A stretch of 58,387 nucleotides of DNA from Lama guanicoe (taxonomy: Eukaryota). The DNA is taken from the NCBI GenBank assembly GCA_013239625.1, contig MU054187.1, positions 22,757,280 to 22,815,666 of the forward strand. Reading direction: 5' to 3'. Position numbers and translations under genes: made by a program. Below are positions 1 through 10,530 of the stretch, piece after piece. The notes below the pieces were generated by a model. It ran no database searches and was not told the DNA's origin. It worked only from the letters and a program-made list of their open reading frames with translations. Every line of letters starts with the position of its first letter. Position 1 is the first letter of the stretch.

Positions 1-659
1 ACAATTCTATTGCCAGGACCAATAGAATTTATAAAGTTTTGTGTGTACTGGATGTGAAAGAAAGGAACTTCAAATAAGAGTAGGTGACTGAATCTGCCAC
101 CACTATAAATATTCCACAGTGCCGTGAGAAGACTTCAATATTTCAACTACTACTCTTCGAGAAAAGTGACAGTATTTGTAGTAAATATATCCTGGCAAAT
201 GTTTACAGCCTAAATTAAACTCCCGCAGAGAGCTTTTTCCCAACTGAATTTAAGTTCACAGTCCTTAGGTTCTGAATGATCGGCTTAAACTGACTGGCAC
301 CTTGGAGAGGCTGAAACCAAGATGATCTCAAGCTACTTTGCTTCCTCAGACACTGCTGAGTGTCTGCTCTGGCCTTTGGCAAAAGCAGGGACTACATCTC
401 GGAAATATTCTGCCTGAGGTAATTGTCTAGGGGTTGGGGATTAGCTACTTTTTAAATTTCGAAGATGGCTCTTTTGCAACATGTGTTATACTAACTTGTT
501 GGGTTTTTTTTAAATAAGTGAGGCATGTTGGTGACTTGGTGTTGAATGAATTCAGCTGTGAATATCCTGAGGGTATCGCACTGAGGTCAGTTTCCTTAAT
601 TTATATTCTGCTAAAACATCACCCGTTTTTGAACAAGCTTTTGAATACATCGAGGGAAG

Positions 660-1436
660 AAGCCTCTAGTCGCATCTTTGAGTCTTTCTGTTCATGATTT
701 CTCATTTTGTGTTTTTACGCACGCCTTTTATTTTATTTTCCCCTTTCCCCTTGATTAATTTATCTAACGTCCTATCTGTTGAAAGTTTTTTCAAAAAATT
801 ATTTCTTGGAATCATTTTCATTCATTTGTGTTTGAATTTTAATCAGTTATTTCCTTCTGCTATTATTATATTGGTTCCCTTATTTATTTTTTTCAGCTTC
901 TTAAATAGCTTCTTTATTTTCATTCTTCCTTTTTTCAAATGTAAGTATTTAAGGCCGTGACTGTCCCTCTCAGCACAACTTTATCACGTTGTTACTAACC
1001 CAAATTAATTTCTTGTTATTATCTTTTAGATGTTTTGTAGTTGATTTTTTATTTCCATTTTTACTCAACAGTCTTTTAAATCAAGTGATATGTTCTTCTT
1101 TTCTCATTTTGCTATTAGTTTCTAGTTTTGTTGTTTTGTGATCAAAAGTATGCCACCTTTACTGTCTCTACCTTTTGGAATTTATTGAGTTCTTTTCACC
1201 AACTAAATGGATGAATTTTGTTAATGTTCCACGGACATGTGAAAATTAGATATAGTTTTCTGTTTCGTGATAGAAGGGTTGAAAACTCAGTGGTTACACG
1301 CTACATCACTACTTATGCTCTTTAGGATTTCTGTATTTTCACTTACTGTTTGACCACTTGATATAACAAGGATGAGAGAGGTAAATTAACATTCCTTACT
1401 AGTAATGCATTTGCCTATTTCTTCTTGCATTTTCTA
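660..1436 (-). mobile_element. Ancient LINE-1 fragment (L1M-type, ORF2 endonuclease region), continues after Tigger1
   Basis: T-rich plus strand resembling antisense L1 ORF2 5' part (e.g. aatttattgag...ttaatgttccacggacatgtgaaaa at ~1179-1245). Highly diverged; boundaries approximate. Confidence 0.55.
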
Positions 1437-3693
1437 TAGGCATACCTCAAAGGTATTGTGGGTTCGTTTCCAGACCACTGCAAAAAATGTCAGTATCTCA
1501 ACATAGTGTCAAATGATTTTTTTTGTTTCCTAGTGCATAAAAAAGTTATGTTTACATTATACTATGATTTAGTTAAGTGTGCGATAGCCTTAGGTCTAAA
1601 AAATGCCCATACCTTAATTAAATAATACTTTATTGAAAAAAATGTCTAATCATCATGAGAGCCTGCAGTGGGTTCTAATCTTTTGATAGAGGAAGGTCTT
1701 GCCTTAATGCTGATGGCTGCTGACTGAGCAGGGTGGTGGCTGCTAAAGGCTGCGGTGGCGGTGGTAATATCTTACAATGATGACATTTGCCACACTGAGT
1801 GACTCTCCTTTTCATGAATGGTCTCTCTGAAGCAGGCAATGCTATTTGATAGCATTTTACCCACAGGAGAGCTTCTTTCAAAATTGGAGTCAGTCCTCTC
1901 AGACCCTGCCTCTGTTTTATCAACAGAGTTAATGTAATATTCTAAATCTTTTGTTGTCATTTCAACAATCTTCCCGGTAGTAGATTCCATCTCAAGAAAC
2001 CACTTTCTCTCATCATTCATAGGACATAACTCCTCATCTGTTAAAGTTTTATGTGATATGGCAGCAGTTCAATCATATCTCCAGGCTCCTCTTCTATTCT
2101 GGTTCTCTTGCTGTTTCCATCACATCTGTAATGATTTCCGCCACAGAAGTCTTGAGCCCCTCAAAGTCATCTATAATGGTTGGATCAACTCTTCCAAACT
2201 CCTGTTAACGCTGATGTTTTGAACCTCTCCCATGAATCACAAATGTCCTTAATAGCATTTAGAATGGTGAATCCTTTCCAGAAAGTTTTCAGTTTACTTT
2301 GTCCAGGTCCATTGGGTGAATGACTATCTATGGCAGCTATATCCTGTGAAATGTATTTCTTAAATAATTAGTCAGAATTGCTCCTTGATTCATGGATGTT
2401 GGGATAGCAACTAAGAAAACAACATTGTTCTCATTGTACATTTCCATCAGAGCTCTTGGGTGACCAGGGGAATTGTCAATATTTTGAAAGGAATCTTAGG
2501 TCTCAATAGGGGGCTTACAATATTCAGTAAACCATGCTTTGTTGTTCCATTTATTTTATTGATTTATCATAATTCTGAGGGATCCTAGAACTTTTGGAAT
2601 GGTAACAGAGCACTGGCTTCAACTTAGCCACCAGCTGCATTAGCCGCTAACAAGAGAGTCAGCCTGTCCTTTGAAGCTTTGAAACCAGACATTGACTTCT
2701 CCTCTCTAACTATGAAAGTCCTACATGGCATCTTTTTCCAGTATAACGTTGCTTCGTCTGCACTGAGTATCTGTTGTTTCATGGAGCCACCTTCATCAGT
2801 GATCTTGGCTAGATCATCTATAGTTTGCTGCATCTTCCACATCAGCACTTGTATATTATGAAGACAGCTTCTTTCTTAAACTTCATGAACCAACCGCTGC
2901 GAGCTTCAGACTTCTCTTCTGCAGCTTCCTCGGCTCTCTCAGCCTTCACAGAATTGAAGAGAGTTGTTCTTGAGTTAAGCCTTGACTTAAGGGACTGTTG
3001 TGGCTGGTTTGATCTTCTATTCAGACTGTTAAAACTTTCTCTGTATCAGCAACACGCCTGCTATGCTTTTTTATCCTTTCCGTGTTCACTGGAGTAGTCC
3101 TTTAAACTTCCTTTAAGAACTTTTCTTTTGCATCCACTACCTGGCTAACCATTTGGTCCATGAAGACTAGCTTTTGGCTGGTCTCAGCATTCGACATGCC
3201 TTCCTTACTAAGCTTAATCATTTCTTGCTTTTGGCAAAGTGAGAGATTCCTCCTTTCACTTGAGCACTTAAGGGACATTGTACACTTATTAATTGGCCTA
3301 ATTTCAATGTTGTTGTGTCTCAGGGAATAGGGATGCCCAAGGAGAGGGAGAGAGATGGAGAACAGCTGGTCAGTGGAGCAGTCAGAACACACACATTTAT
3401 CAGTTAAGTTCACTGTCTCATATGGGCACAGTTCATGACACTCCCCCAAATTACAGTGCTAACATTAAAGATCATTGATCACAGATCACCATAACAAATA
3501 TTACAATAATAATGAAAAAGGTTGCAATCTTGTGAGAGTTGCTAAAATGTGACACAGAGACATGCAGTGAGCAAATGCTATTGGAAAAAATAACCCTGAC
3601 AGATTTCCTCCAAGCAGTTACCACAAACCTTCAATTTGTAGAAATGTAGTACCTGCAAAGCACAATGAAGTGCAATAAAGAGAGATATGCCTG
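1437..3693 (-). mobile_element. Tigger1 DNA transposon (TcMar-Tigger), near full length, decayed
   Basis: Terminal inverted repeats (t)AGGCATACCTC at 1437 and GAGATATGCCTG ending at 3693, with TA TSDs at 1435-1436 and 3694-3695. Minus-strand ORFs give pogo/Tigger transposase peptides (MIKLSKEGMSNAET; DEATLYWKKMPCRTFIVREEKSMSGFKASKDRLTLLL; WFLEMESTTGKIVEMTTKDLEYYINSVDK). Confidence 0.95.
1772..3221 (-). pseudogene. Disrupted Tigger1 transposase (HTH + DDE) coding sequence
   Basis: ORF-track fragments 3102..3449, 2624..2848 and 1772..2020 are collinear transposase pieces in different frames, separated by stops and frameshifts. Confidence 0.85.
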
Positions 3694-3695
3694 TA

Positions 3696-4920
3696 ACTTT
3701 TAACTTTGTGATGATTGCCTCTGTATTTGGTCAGAAGTGATTCTGCATTGTGGATTGTACACATTTTCTTATAGAGCAAGCTTCAGTGTACAGTTTATGC
3801 TTTTTTATGTGTGTACTTCAGTTAAAAATAGTTATGGTGTCTGCTTCCTTTTTGCTTTCATTTGCCTTGTCTGTATGTCCATCTTCTTATTTTTACCTTT
3901 CTGATTTGTTTTAGAAATCTCCATGGTCGAGCTAGTAGGTAGATTTAGCCCACTAATATAAAAGATATGTTTGGTGCTTTGTATTTTATCGTATTAATGC
4001 ATTTTTTTTATATTTTTATATTTTTGTCTTTCAAAATTGCAATATAGTTTGAATTTGTTTTGTTGCTTTCTTGTTTTGTGTAACTTATAATTAATTTGTA
4101 ATTATTTATTTGTAATTGTTATGGTCTTTTCCTATTATTTACACCTCTAACCACAAATTTATATAATGAACTTAGTTCTCTAATTTTTAGTGAGAATCTA
4201 TTGACTAGTTACTGTCATTAATAATAAAATAATTATCTTCCTATGTTTCCACACCTTAGATCTTTCCTTTCTGTGCCTGATTTCAATGAACAGAAATGCT
4301 TTCCTAAGTTTTTACATTTATCCTTTTTAATTATTTCAGACTTCAAGTATCTCCTTTAAATGACTCCTTTTCCCTGACCCCGAGCTATAAAAGATATGAA
4401 AATAGGGGCTTAACTCAGAAATACATTGGTGTCGGATGTTTTCTGTGCATTTTTTTCCCCTGAGAGATCCTATGAACCCATAGATTTAAATATTTAAACA
4501 TTTATGCATAATTTTCTTAAACCAATGTTTTTTATTGTTCTGTATCATTATGTTGGATTTCTTTTTTATCAACATCAATTTTGTATATAAGGGAACTCAT
4601 TTCTCCTCCGTATGTATGATTTTCTCTAATTAATTTGTTCATTTTTATCTTACTTTGCTTCCCTTTCCCAATCCTGCTTCCATATCCTTCACCGCGTTTG
4701 TAACAATATTCACTCTTTAAGTCTGCTTCTCACATGGACCTCATTTTTATGATGGTTTTTTCCCCACTTCTTTTCTATTTCCAACCACACCATGTTTTAC
4801 CTTATTCTGTTTTCCTACTATTTCTCTTCAGAGCTAATGTCACTTTGTTTTGAGGTTTTTTTTTTTTTGGAGCAATTTAATTACATTAAAAAATCATGGT
4901 GACAATGAAGACCACAATTT
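3696..4920 (-). mobile_element. Ancient L1/HAL1-like fragment (ORF2 start, linker, ORF1 region)
   Basis: T-rich decayed sequence. 4420-4520 resembles antisense ORF1 of old L1M/HAL1 elements and is collinear with the 660-1436 fragment. Confidence 0.45.
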
Positions 4921-4930
4921 TCATTTGCTT

Positions 4931-5021
4931 CTTTTTAAATCAAAGGATAGTTGATTTTCAGTGTATTATTCAAGTATACAACACAGTGAGATTTTTTATA
5001 GATTATACTCCATTTCAAGTT
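4931..5021 (-). mobile_element. Short 5'-truncated L1 3' tail
   Basis: T-tract followed by atagttgattttcagtgtattattcaagtatacaacacagtga (antisense L1 3' UTR). Flanked by a probable TSD, atttgcttct (4923-4932) / atttgctttt (5022-5031). Confidence 0.65.
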
Positions 5022-5177
5022 ATTTGCTTTTTGTCAGTTTTTTTCTGGTAAGTTCCTCATTTCTCCTTTTTTTTTTTTGTTACTCCTTTAATTTTATTTT
5101 GGCATGTTAGCACACTATTGAGCCAGAAAGGAAGAGGGCAGGGCACAACCACTCAAGGAAAGACACAGCAATTAACA

Positions 5178-5300
5178 CCAAGATGGCGGAAAATTCAACT
5201 CCTGACAGACCTCAAGACCCGAGGTGGCCGGAGATTCAGCACCCTGTAGGCTTTGAGGCCCAAGATGGCGGGAGATTTGACTTCCAGCGGACCCTGAGCT
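5178..5300 (+). promoter_or_regulatory. 3 x 41-bp U3 repeat carrying YY1-type motifs (CAAGATGGCGG)
   Basis: ccaagatggcgg at 5178, ccgaggtggccgg at 5219 and ccaagatggcgg at 5260, an exact 41-bp period. Confidence 0.7.
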
Positions 5301-5652
5301 TCATTACACACTTCACTGTAACACACGAGCATGCTATGTGGCTCTCCCACAGGCGCCGTGGCAGTCCCCAGGCTGACCATGAAAGGTGAAAAAGTGGGCA
5401 GTGGCCCCATTGCTGGGAATCCCAGCCCCTGCCCCAGAGTAGTTGGAATAATCATCTCACCTGTTAGCACGGGAAGCTGCCAAGCCCATAAAGCCCAGCA
5501 ACACTGCCGCGGCTCGCAACCTCTCGCTCCTTGCCTTTCCAGACGGCCCACAGTCTGTCTGTGGACCATGTATCTCTCTGAATGAACCTACTTTCACCCA
5601 ACCGTGGCTCGCTCTTGAACTCGCTCCTGGGTGAAGCCAAGGGCCCTCGCTT

Positions 5653-5670
5653 GGGCGGGGGGCGGGGGCG
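5653..5670 (+). promoter_or_regulatory. Tandem GC boxes (Sp/KLF-type)
   Basis: gggcggggggcgggggcg. Confidence 0.45.
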
Positions 5671-6394
5671 TGTCCCAGGGAGTCAACCAAGACCTGGCCA
5701 TGCTCTCGTGTCCCTTTTTCTCGTATTACTGTTGCTCACTCTGCTTGAAGAGGTGGGCTCCGCCTGGACTACACGGTTTCCAGGAGATCACGGGAGACAA
5801 AGGAGAAGGTAGTATTTCAGGCTGGTGGAAGTTCTTGTTGTAACGTAGCAGGTGTGTGAGCGAGGTATTGCATAGTCTTTACTTCCTCCCAGGCACCTGA
5901 GATTGCCAGTTCCAGGGCTACGAACTGATTCAGCCTCCTTCTTTCAACCTGTCTCAGCAGCAGACGGCTTCCTGACGGCGCGGTGCGCTGCCCGGCTGCT
6001 CACCCACCTCTGCTGCCAGCGCTGACGGCAGGCCGCCTGCGCGCTCTGCTCCTGCTCGCCCCGCGCTGTCTCCCACGTCAGGACATAAGGGGGTGTGTTT
6101 CGGGTTCTTTTCCTTCTTGCTTTGGGTAATGTCTGAGATGAGAGGGGATCAGCACTGTTTCAAAAATCAGGTCTCATTTTCACTGTGGGTCTTGCTTATC
6201 TAGCTCTCTCGCCTTATTTTCTGTAAATATGATACCGTGATGCGTTGTCTGCATTTATTAATCCATCAGTGTGTGCATGGTGGTGTGTTTTAAAGCAGTT
6301 AGTCCTCTTTGTTCGAAGCTGGAGAAGTGGGGTGAAGGAGTCATCTGTTTATTTCTAAGACAGAAGCAGAAATTAATGATATTGTTATTAGCAT

Positions 6395-6625
6395 AATGGC
6401 TTAAATATAAGTTTAGGATTAGAAACTGGGTCCTATTTCTCACTGGCTATAAAATCTACTTGTCTCAGTTTCCTCATCTATAAAACAAAACAAAACAAAA
6501 AACCCAAAATCTTTCTTATACAGTTGTTGTGGGGATTAAATTACCTAAAAACAGAACTATACATATGTAGTATGATATGCTTATAACTGTGCCTGAACAT
6601 AATGGGCATTTGGTAAATGTAGCTC
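6395..6625 (+). mobile_element. MIR SINE
   Basis: Core tctcagtttcctcatctataaaa, gttgttgtggggattaaat, and 3' end gtgcctgaacataat...ggtaaatgtagct. Confidence 0.8.
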
Positions 6626-8658
6626 TTCTCACATCATCATCATCACCATCATCATTTTCACTATTGTTATATATGCTTCTTTCATTAAAAATAAGTTTCA
6701 TTATTTATAGGCATCTCTATTCACTAGGAAGACTTTTGAAGCCAGTTAAGAAGGAGGTGGCCAAACTAAAAATTTATAAAATTCTAAGTGGTTAGCATTC
6801 ATGAATCTTTTTGGAACAATTTCATAGTCTTCAGAACGATGCATAAACAAGAATGCAAAGGTCCTTGCACTTCATACTTTTTCTAGTTCTATGGCTTATA
6901 ACAGTCAGTTCTTCCTTATTATTTTTATACATTGTTTTTGAAAAAGGCACAGATACATGTGGAAATTTGAGACAGCAAGTGAGAGGTATGTAATTAAAAA
7001 AATTATATGAAGGCATCTTGTTTTGAAGAACCATTTTATAATTGCCTCAGAAGTTAAGTCTGAACTTGTCACATTGCATTTTTAAGTCTAATTCTTCCTA
7101 GCAACTTCCCTTCCTTTAAAGATGCTAACTCACAGAGTGGTGCAAGATGTAATTGAGAGGTAATTAAAATCAAGTCTTAATTCAAGGTTTTGAAGAAATG
7201 ATGTGAATACTAATTTGATATAGACTAGGGTGAGCGTTTAGAAGACGCTTAAGAAAGCCAGTGTTTCAAATTTCTCCTTGATTTGATAATGTCGGAGCAG
7301 AATAATAAACAAGGGAGCTTTCAGGTAAGAACTGGTAGGAAGACGTTAGGAATGACCTGATCAATGAAAGCACCAATGATATTAGATGAACGTCCAGTCA
7401 TTTTACAGTAATGATCATATTATTTATTATTTTCTGAGATTATTTTATTCCACATTTCTTTGCACAGGGATCACTGATGTTTACTGTTAGTTCGGTAATC
7501 ATATTATATATAGAAGAAAATCATGCTTTAACTGACTCTTAAAGTTGAAAGGGACTTTAGGGGGTCATGCAGTGCAAGAATTCTTCTTACAGTACTCCAG
7601 GCGTGTAGTAATCCAGCCTTTGATTAAATGTCTATCTGAAAAGCAGGCCTGTCTAATTTGGGATGTTTGTAATTGTTACAGAAGCCATTGGACTAAAATT
7701 TGTGTCTCTATTACTTGAACCCTGGGAACCAATCTTTCCTCCTCTGTCACAGTAAGTACAACCACTTTTCCACTGTTACCATAAACTCTGGGGTACCCAG
7801 TCCTGAGTTACTATGCTCTCTGTTCTGCTCACCCGTGGTATGGCAGGTTATTGATTTTCTTAGTCTCATATGAATCTGAGTGTATCTTTGATTAAAGTTC
7901 TGTTACATTCAATGCCAGAGGTGGAAGCATGGCTATTTTTGCTCACAGTTAAGTCCTGAGTGATGAGCACGATACTCGGAGAAAAAAAAAAAATCAGGGG
8001 CCTTTATGACGTCTGCTCACAGCAGACGATCAGCTGTGACTCGTTATTGGTTCCTGAGAGTCATCTGAAGTTTCCTGATGTACAACTTGACTTACAACTT
8101 GAATTCTTTATTTAGAGGCATTTCCCGATGTATGCAACGGAGATGCATGCTGAGACAGCCTCATCCTTGCCATCTCCTAATTGTAATAACTTCTTCCTTC
8201 TCTCTACCTTCTCGGGTGCTGCCTGGTCTTCAGGGCCCAGTTCAAATTTACCATTTTCTTAAGCCTGTCTGGTCACGTACAGTGTCACCACAGTGGCGGC
8301 CAAAAATGAGATACTGTCTGCGTTTATGGTGAAGTCCTTTCTAGCACTGAAGGCTAGGCCACCTGTCCTGGGTTCTGAGGGTGCAGGTTATAAGAGGTTT
8401 TGGCTTAGTGAAGTAAGTAACACTGAAAGACTGGGCAATTGAAGTAGGGGGACTGTTTCTTGGTTCACCAGACTCTTCTCTGGTAGTTAGTCTTCTTTTT
8501 TAGACAACATCTTTGGGATGGTTTTTGTGATTTATGGTGCCCCATTGAGGAAGCCCCAATACTTACTCCTTTTTCTTTCAGATTCTATCCCCTACACCTT
8601 CTTGATCACTGTTTCTTCCCCCAATTCCCTGTCACTCCAACCCTTCGATTCCCTTTTT

Positions 8659-8720
8659 TTTAAAGTTTTATTTTATTTTAGTTTACAATGTTGTGTCAAT
8701 GTCCAGTGTAGAACACAATT
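8659..8720 (-). mobile_element. Very short camelid-type L1 3' tail (~60 bp) with TSD
   Basis: tttacaatgttgtgtcaatgtccagtgtagaacacaatt matches the L1 tails at 41140 and 56850. 16-bp TSD cttcgattcccttttt (8643-8658) / cttccattctcttttt (8721-8736). Confidence 0.85.
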
Positions 8721-8997
8721 CTTCCATTCTCTTTTTATTTTTTTCGCAGTAGATACTGAAGACCCGTTAAGCTTGAATTATTAGCAGATGAAAACTTGAG
8801 GTCAAGAAGGGCAGAATCCTCCAACTCTGTCAGAAAATATGGAGAAATAATTATCTTGTATTCTTCTAGTGCCATAGAGAGAAGAAAAACTAAAACAGTT
8901 AAGTTTCCGTAATAAAACAAGATGAATGTTCATATCTTACCACATGATTCCTGATATGTTTATATAATTAAAAAAATTCATAGATGATATAAACTTG

Positions 8998-9050
8998 CCT
9001 ATCTATCTATCTATCTATCTGCCTATCTACCTACCTACCTATCATCTATC
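8998..9050. repeat. (TATC)n/(TACC)n microsatellite
   Basis: ctatctatctatctatctatctgcctatctacctacctacctatcatctatc. Confidence 0.9.
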
Positions 9051-9532
9051 ACCATCATCATTTAGTCTACCTATACAACCTATCATCTGTTAGAAACCAT
9101 CCACTGCTCATGCACCATAAAGGAGCTTATTTATATATACTTTGGGAATAAAAAATTTAGATTATTTTGATTAGTATTTTTAGCTTCTGTCTATCAGAGA
9201 CCCTGGGAATTTAGAATAAGAAAATACTTTAGGAAGCACATTATAACTTTTTACATACAGTGTGCATATTGGTAACAATTGTTCCCAAACTGTTGTCCAG
9301 AGTAATTTGGGTCACTTCTGTAAAACCATAATGAAGCAGGTGTTGTTTTTCAAAAACGCAGCCTATTCAGCTCTCCTTTGCATCATCTTGATTCCATTAG
9401 ATTGTATATATGCGATCCAAAGAAATTTTTTATTTGAGTAAAGAATCTTGAGCACATCTTCAACTCCTAGGTCTCAATTACTGCAAACAACATGAACCCT
9501 GATCTGGTATTTTGACTTGGCTGATAGCGGTC

Positions 9533-9564
9533 TGCTCAGAGTGAGCGATGCTCAGAGTGAGCGA
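9533..9564. repeat. Perfect 16-bp tandem duplication
   Basis: tgctcagagtgagcga x2. Confidence 0.9.
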
Positions 9565-10429
9565 TGATGCTCTTGTTGTGCTGAAGTTTCTCTTTCCCAT
9601 CACATGTACCTAAGCAAGAAGCATCAGTCCCTATGTAGTTATCAGCCCCTTTGGCACATTTTAGGAAACTGACAAGACAGGCTTTCTGTGGTCAGGGCAC
9701 AGCTTACAAAGTTTGTCTGACCTCAACTAAAACATCCCTTTATGAACTTCTGGACATGGAGGAAAACACAAGAATATATTTTTTTCCCACTTTGGCTTTC
9801 AGTCACGGTTGATTAAAATTCTGCTATTTGAGAGTTCGATTTTATGATTTCTTTTTCTTTTTTATTTTTTTCTGAGCCTTTCATCAGTGAATTTTAGAAA
9901 TGAAGTTTGTATTCAAGTTTAAGCCAAGACCCTGATACATATATATTTTTAAATTCTAAATATCACATTTGATTGACCCAGCCTAACTTTTTTTTCTGGA
10001 GTTTGTATAATAGTGTCTAACACAAAATAACTAGGAAAAAGCAAACAATACCTTCTGAGCTCAAAGAATGTACTTCCTTTTTCTTTTACAAATAAGTAAG
10101 TTTGGTGGGTTTGGGGCATAGAATTCAAAATGCACTTTTTTGGGGGTTAGTAAATATCAAAAGGCAATACTGTTTCTGAAAACATCAAAACTCTACGAGA
10201 GGATTTATAACGTGTTGCCAGAAAGCTTTTCTTCCTGAGTGGTTCTCAGTGGTGCAGGCAGATCTATCAGGTTTTTCTGAGTAAAACTTTGCTTTTATAA
10301 TCATCCAAATCCATATACATGTCCTCTATCCAGCTTGCAGTGTGGCTTGTGCATAATGACTGTATTTTTTTTGGTAAAATACTTTCTTTTAAATCTTTCA
10401 CAAAAAAGATTTCATTGCTCACTGACGTA

Positions 10430-10530
10430 GATATTGTTATTTAGAGATGAAGAAAGTGAGACTTTGAATGTTAAGTAACTCACACGAGTTCCCCATGAAG
10501 GAAGCAGTGGAACCACTGAGCCGTCTTATT
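10430..10530 (-). mobile_element. MIR fragment
   Basis: ttatttagagatgaagaaagtgagact...ttaagtaactcacac resembles the antisense MIR core. Confidence 0.55.

Larger units (their letters stand above)
5116..5700 (+). mobile_element. Solo ERV LTR (probably ERV1 class), CpG-rich
   Basis: Sharp GC rise and a TATTGAG start (TG-like). U3 has three 41-bp repeats, a TATA-like cataaa lies at ~5487, a degraded polyA signal aatgaa at 5581, then a U5-like ggctcgctcttgaactc. Right end and TSD not resolved. Confidence 0.75.

Noticed and set aside
694..960. Hydrophobic Phe/Leu-rich ORFs here and elsewhere as membrane proteins
   Set aside because: By-product of T-rich antisense L1 and low-complexity sequence.
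5178..5300. Regularly spaced repeats as a CRISPR-like array
   Set aside because: Only three degenerate tandem units inside a mammalian LTR; no unique spacers or cas genes.
5183..5843. Cluster of six overlapping ORFs
   Set aside because: Expected from the high GC content of the LTR (few stop codons); no recognisable protein.
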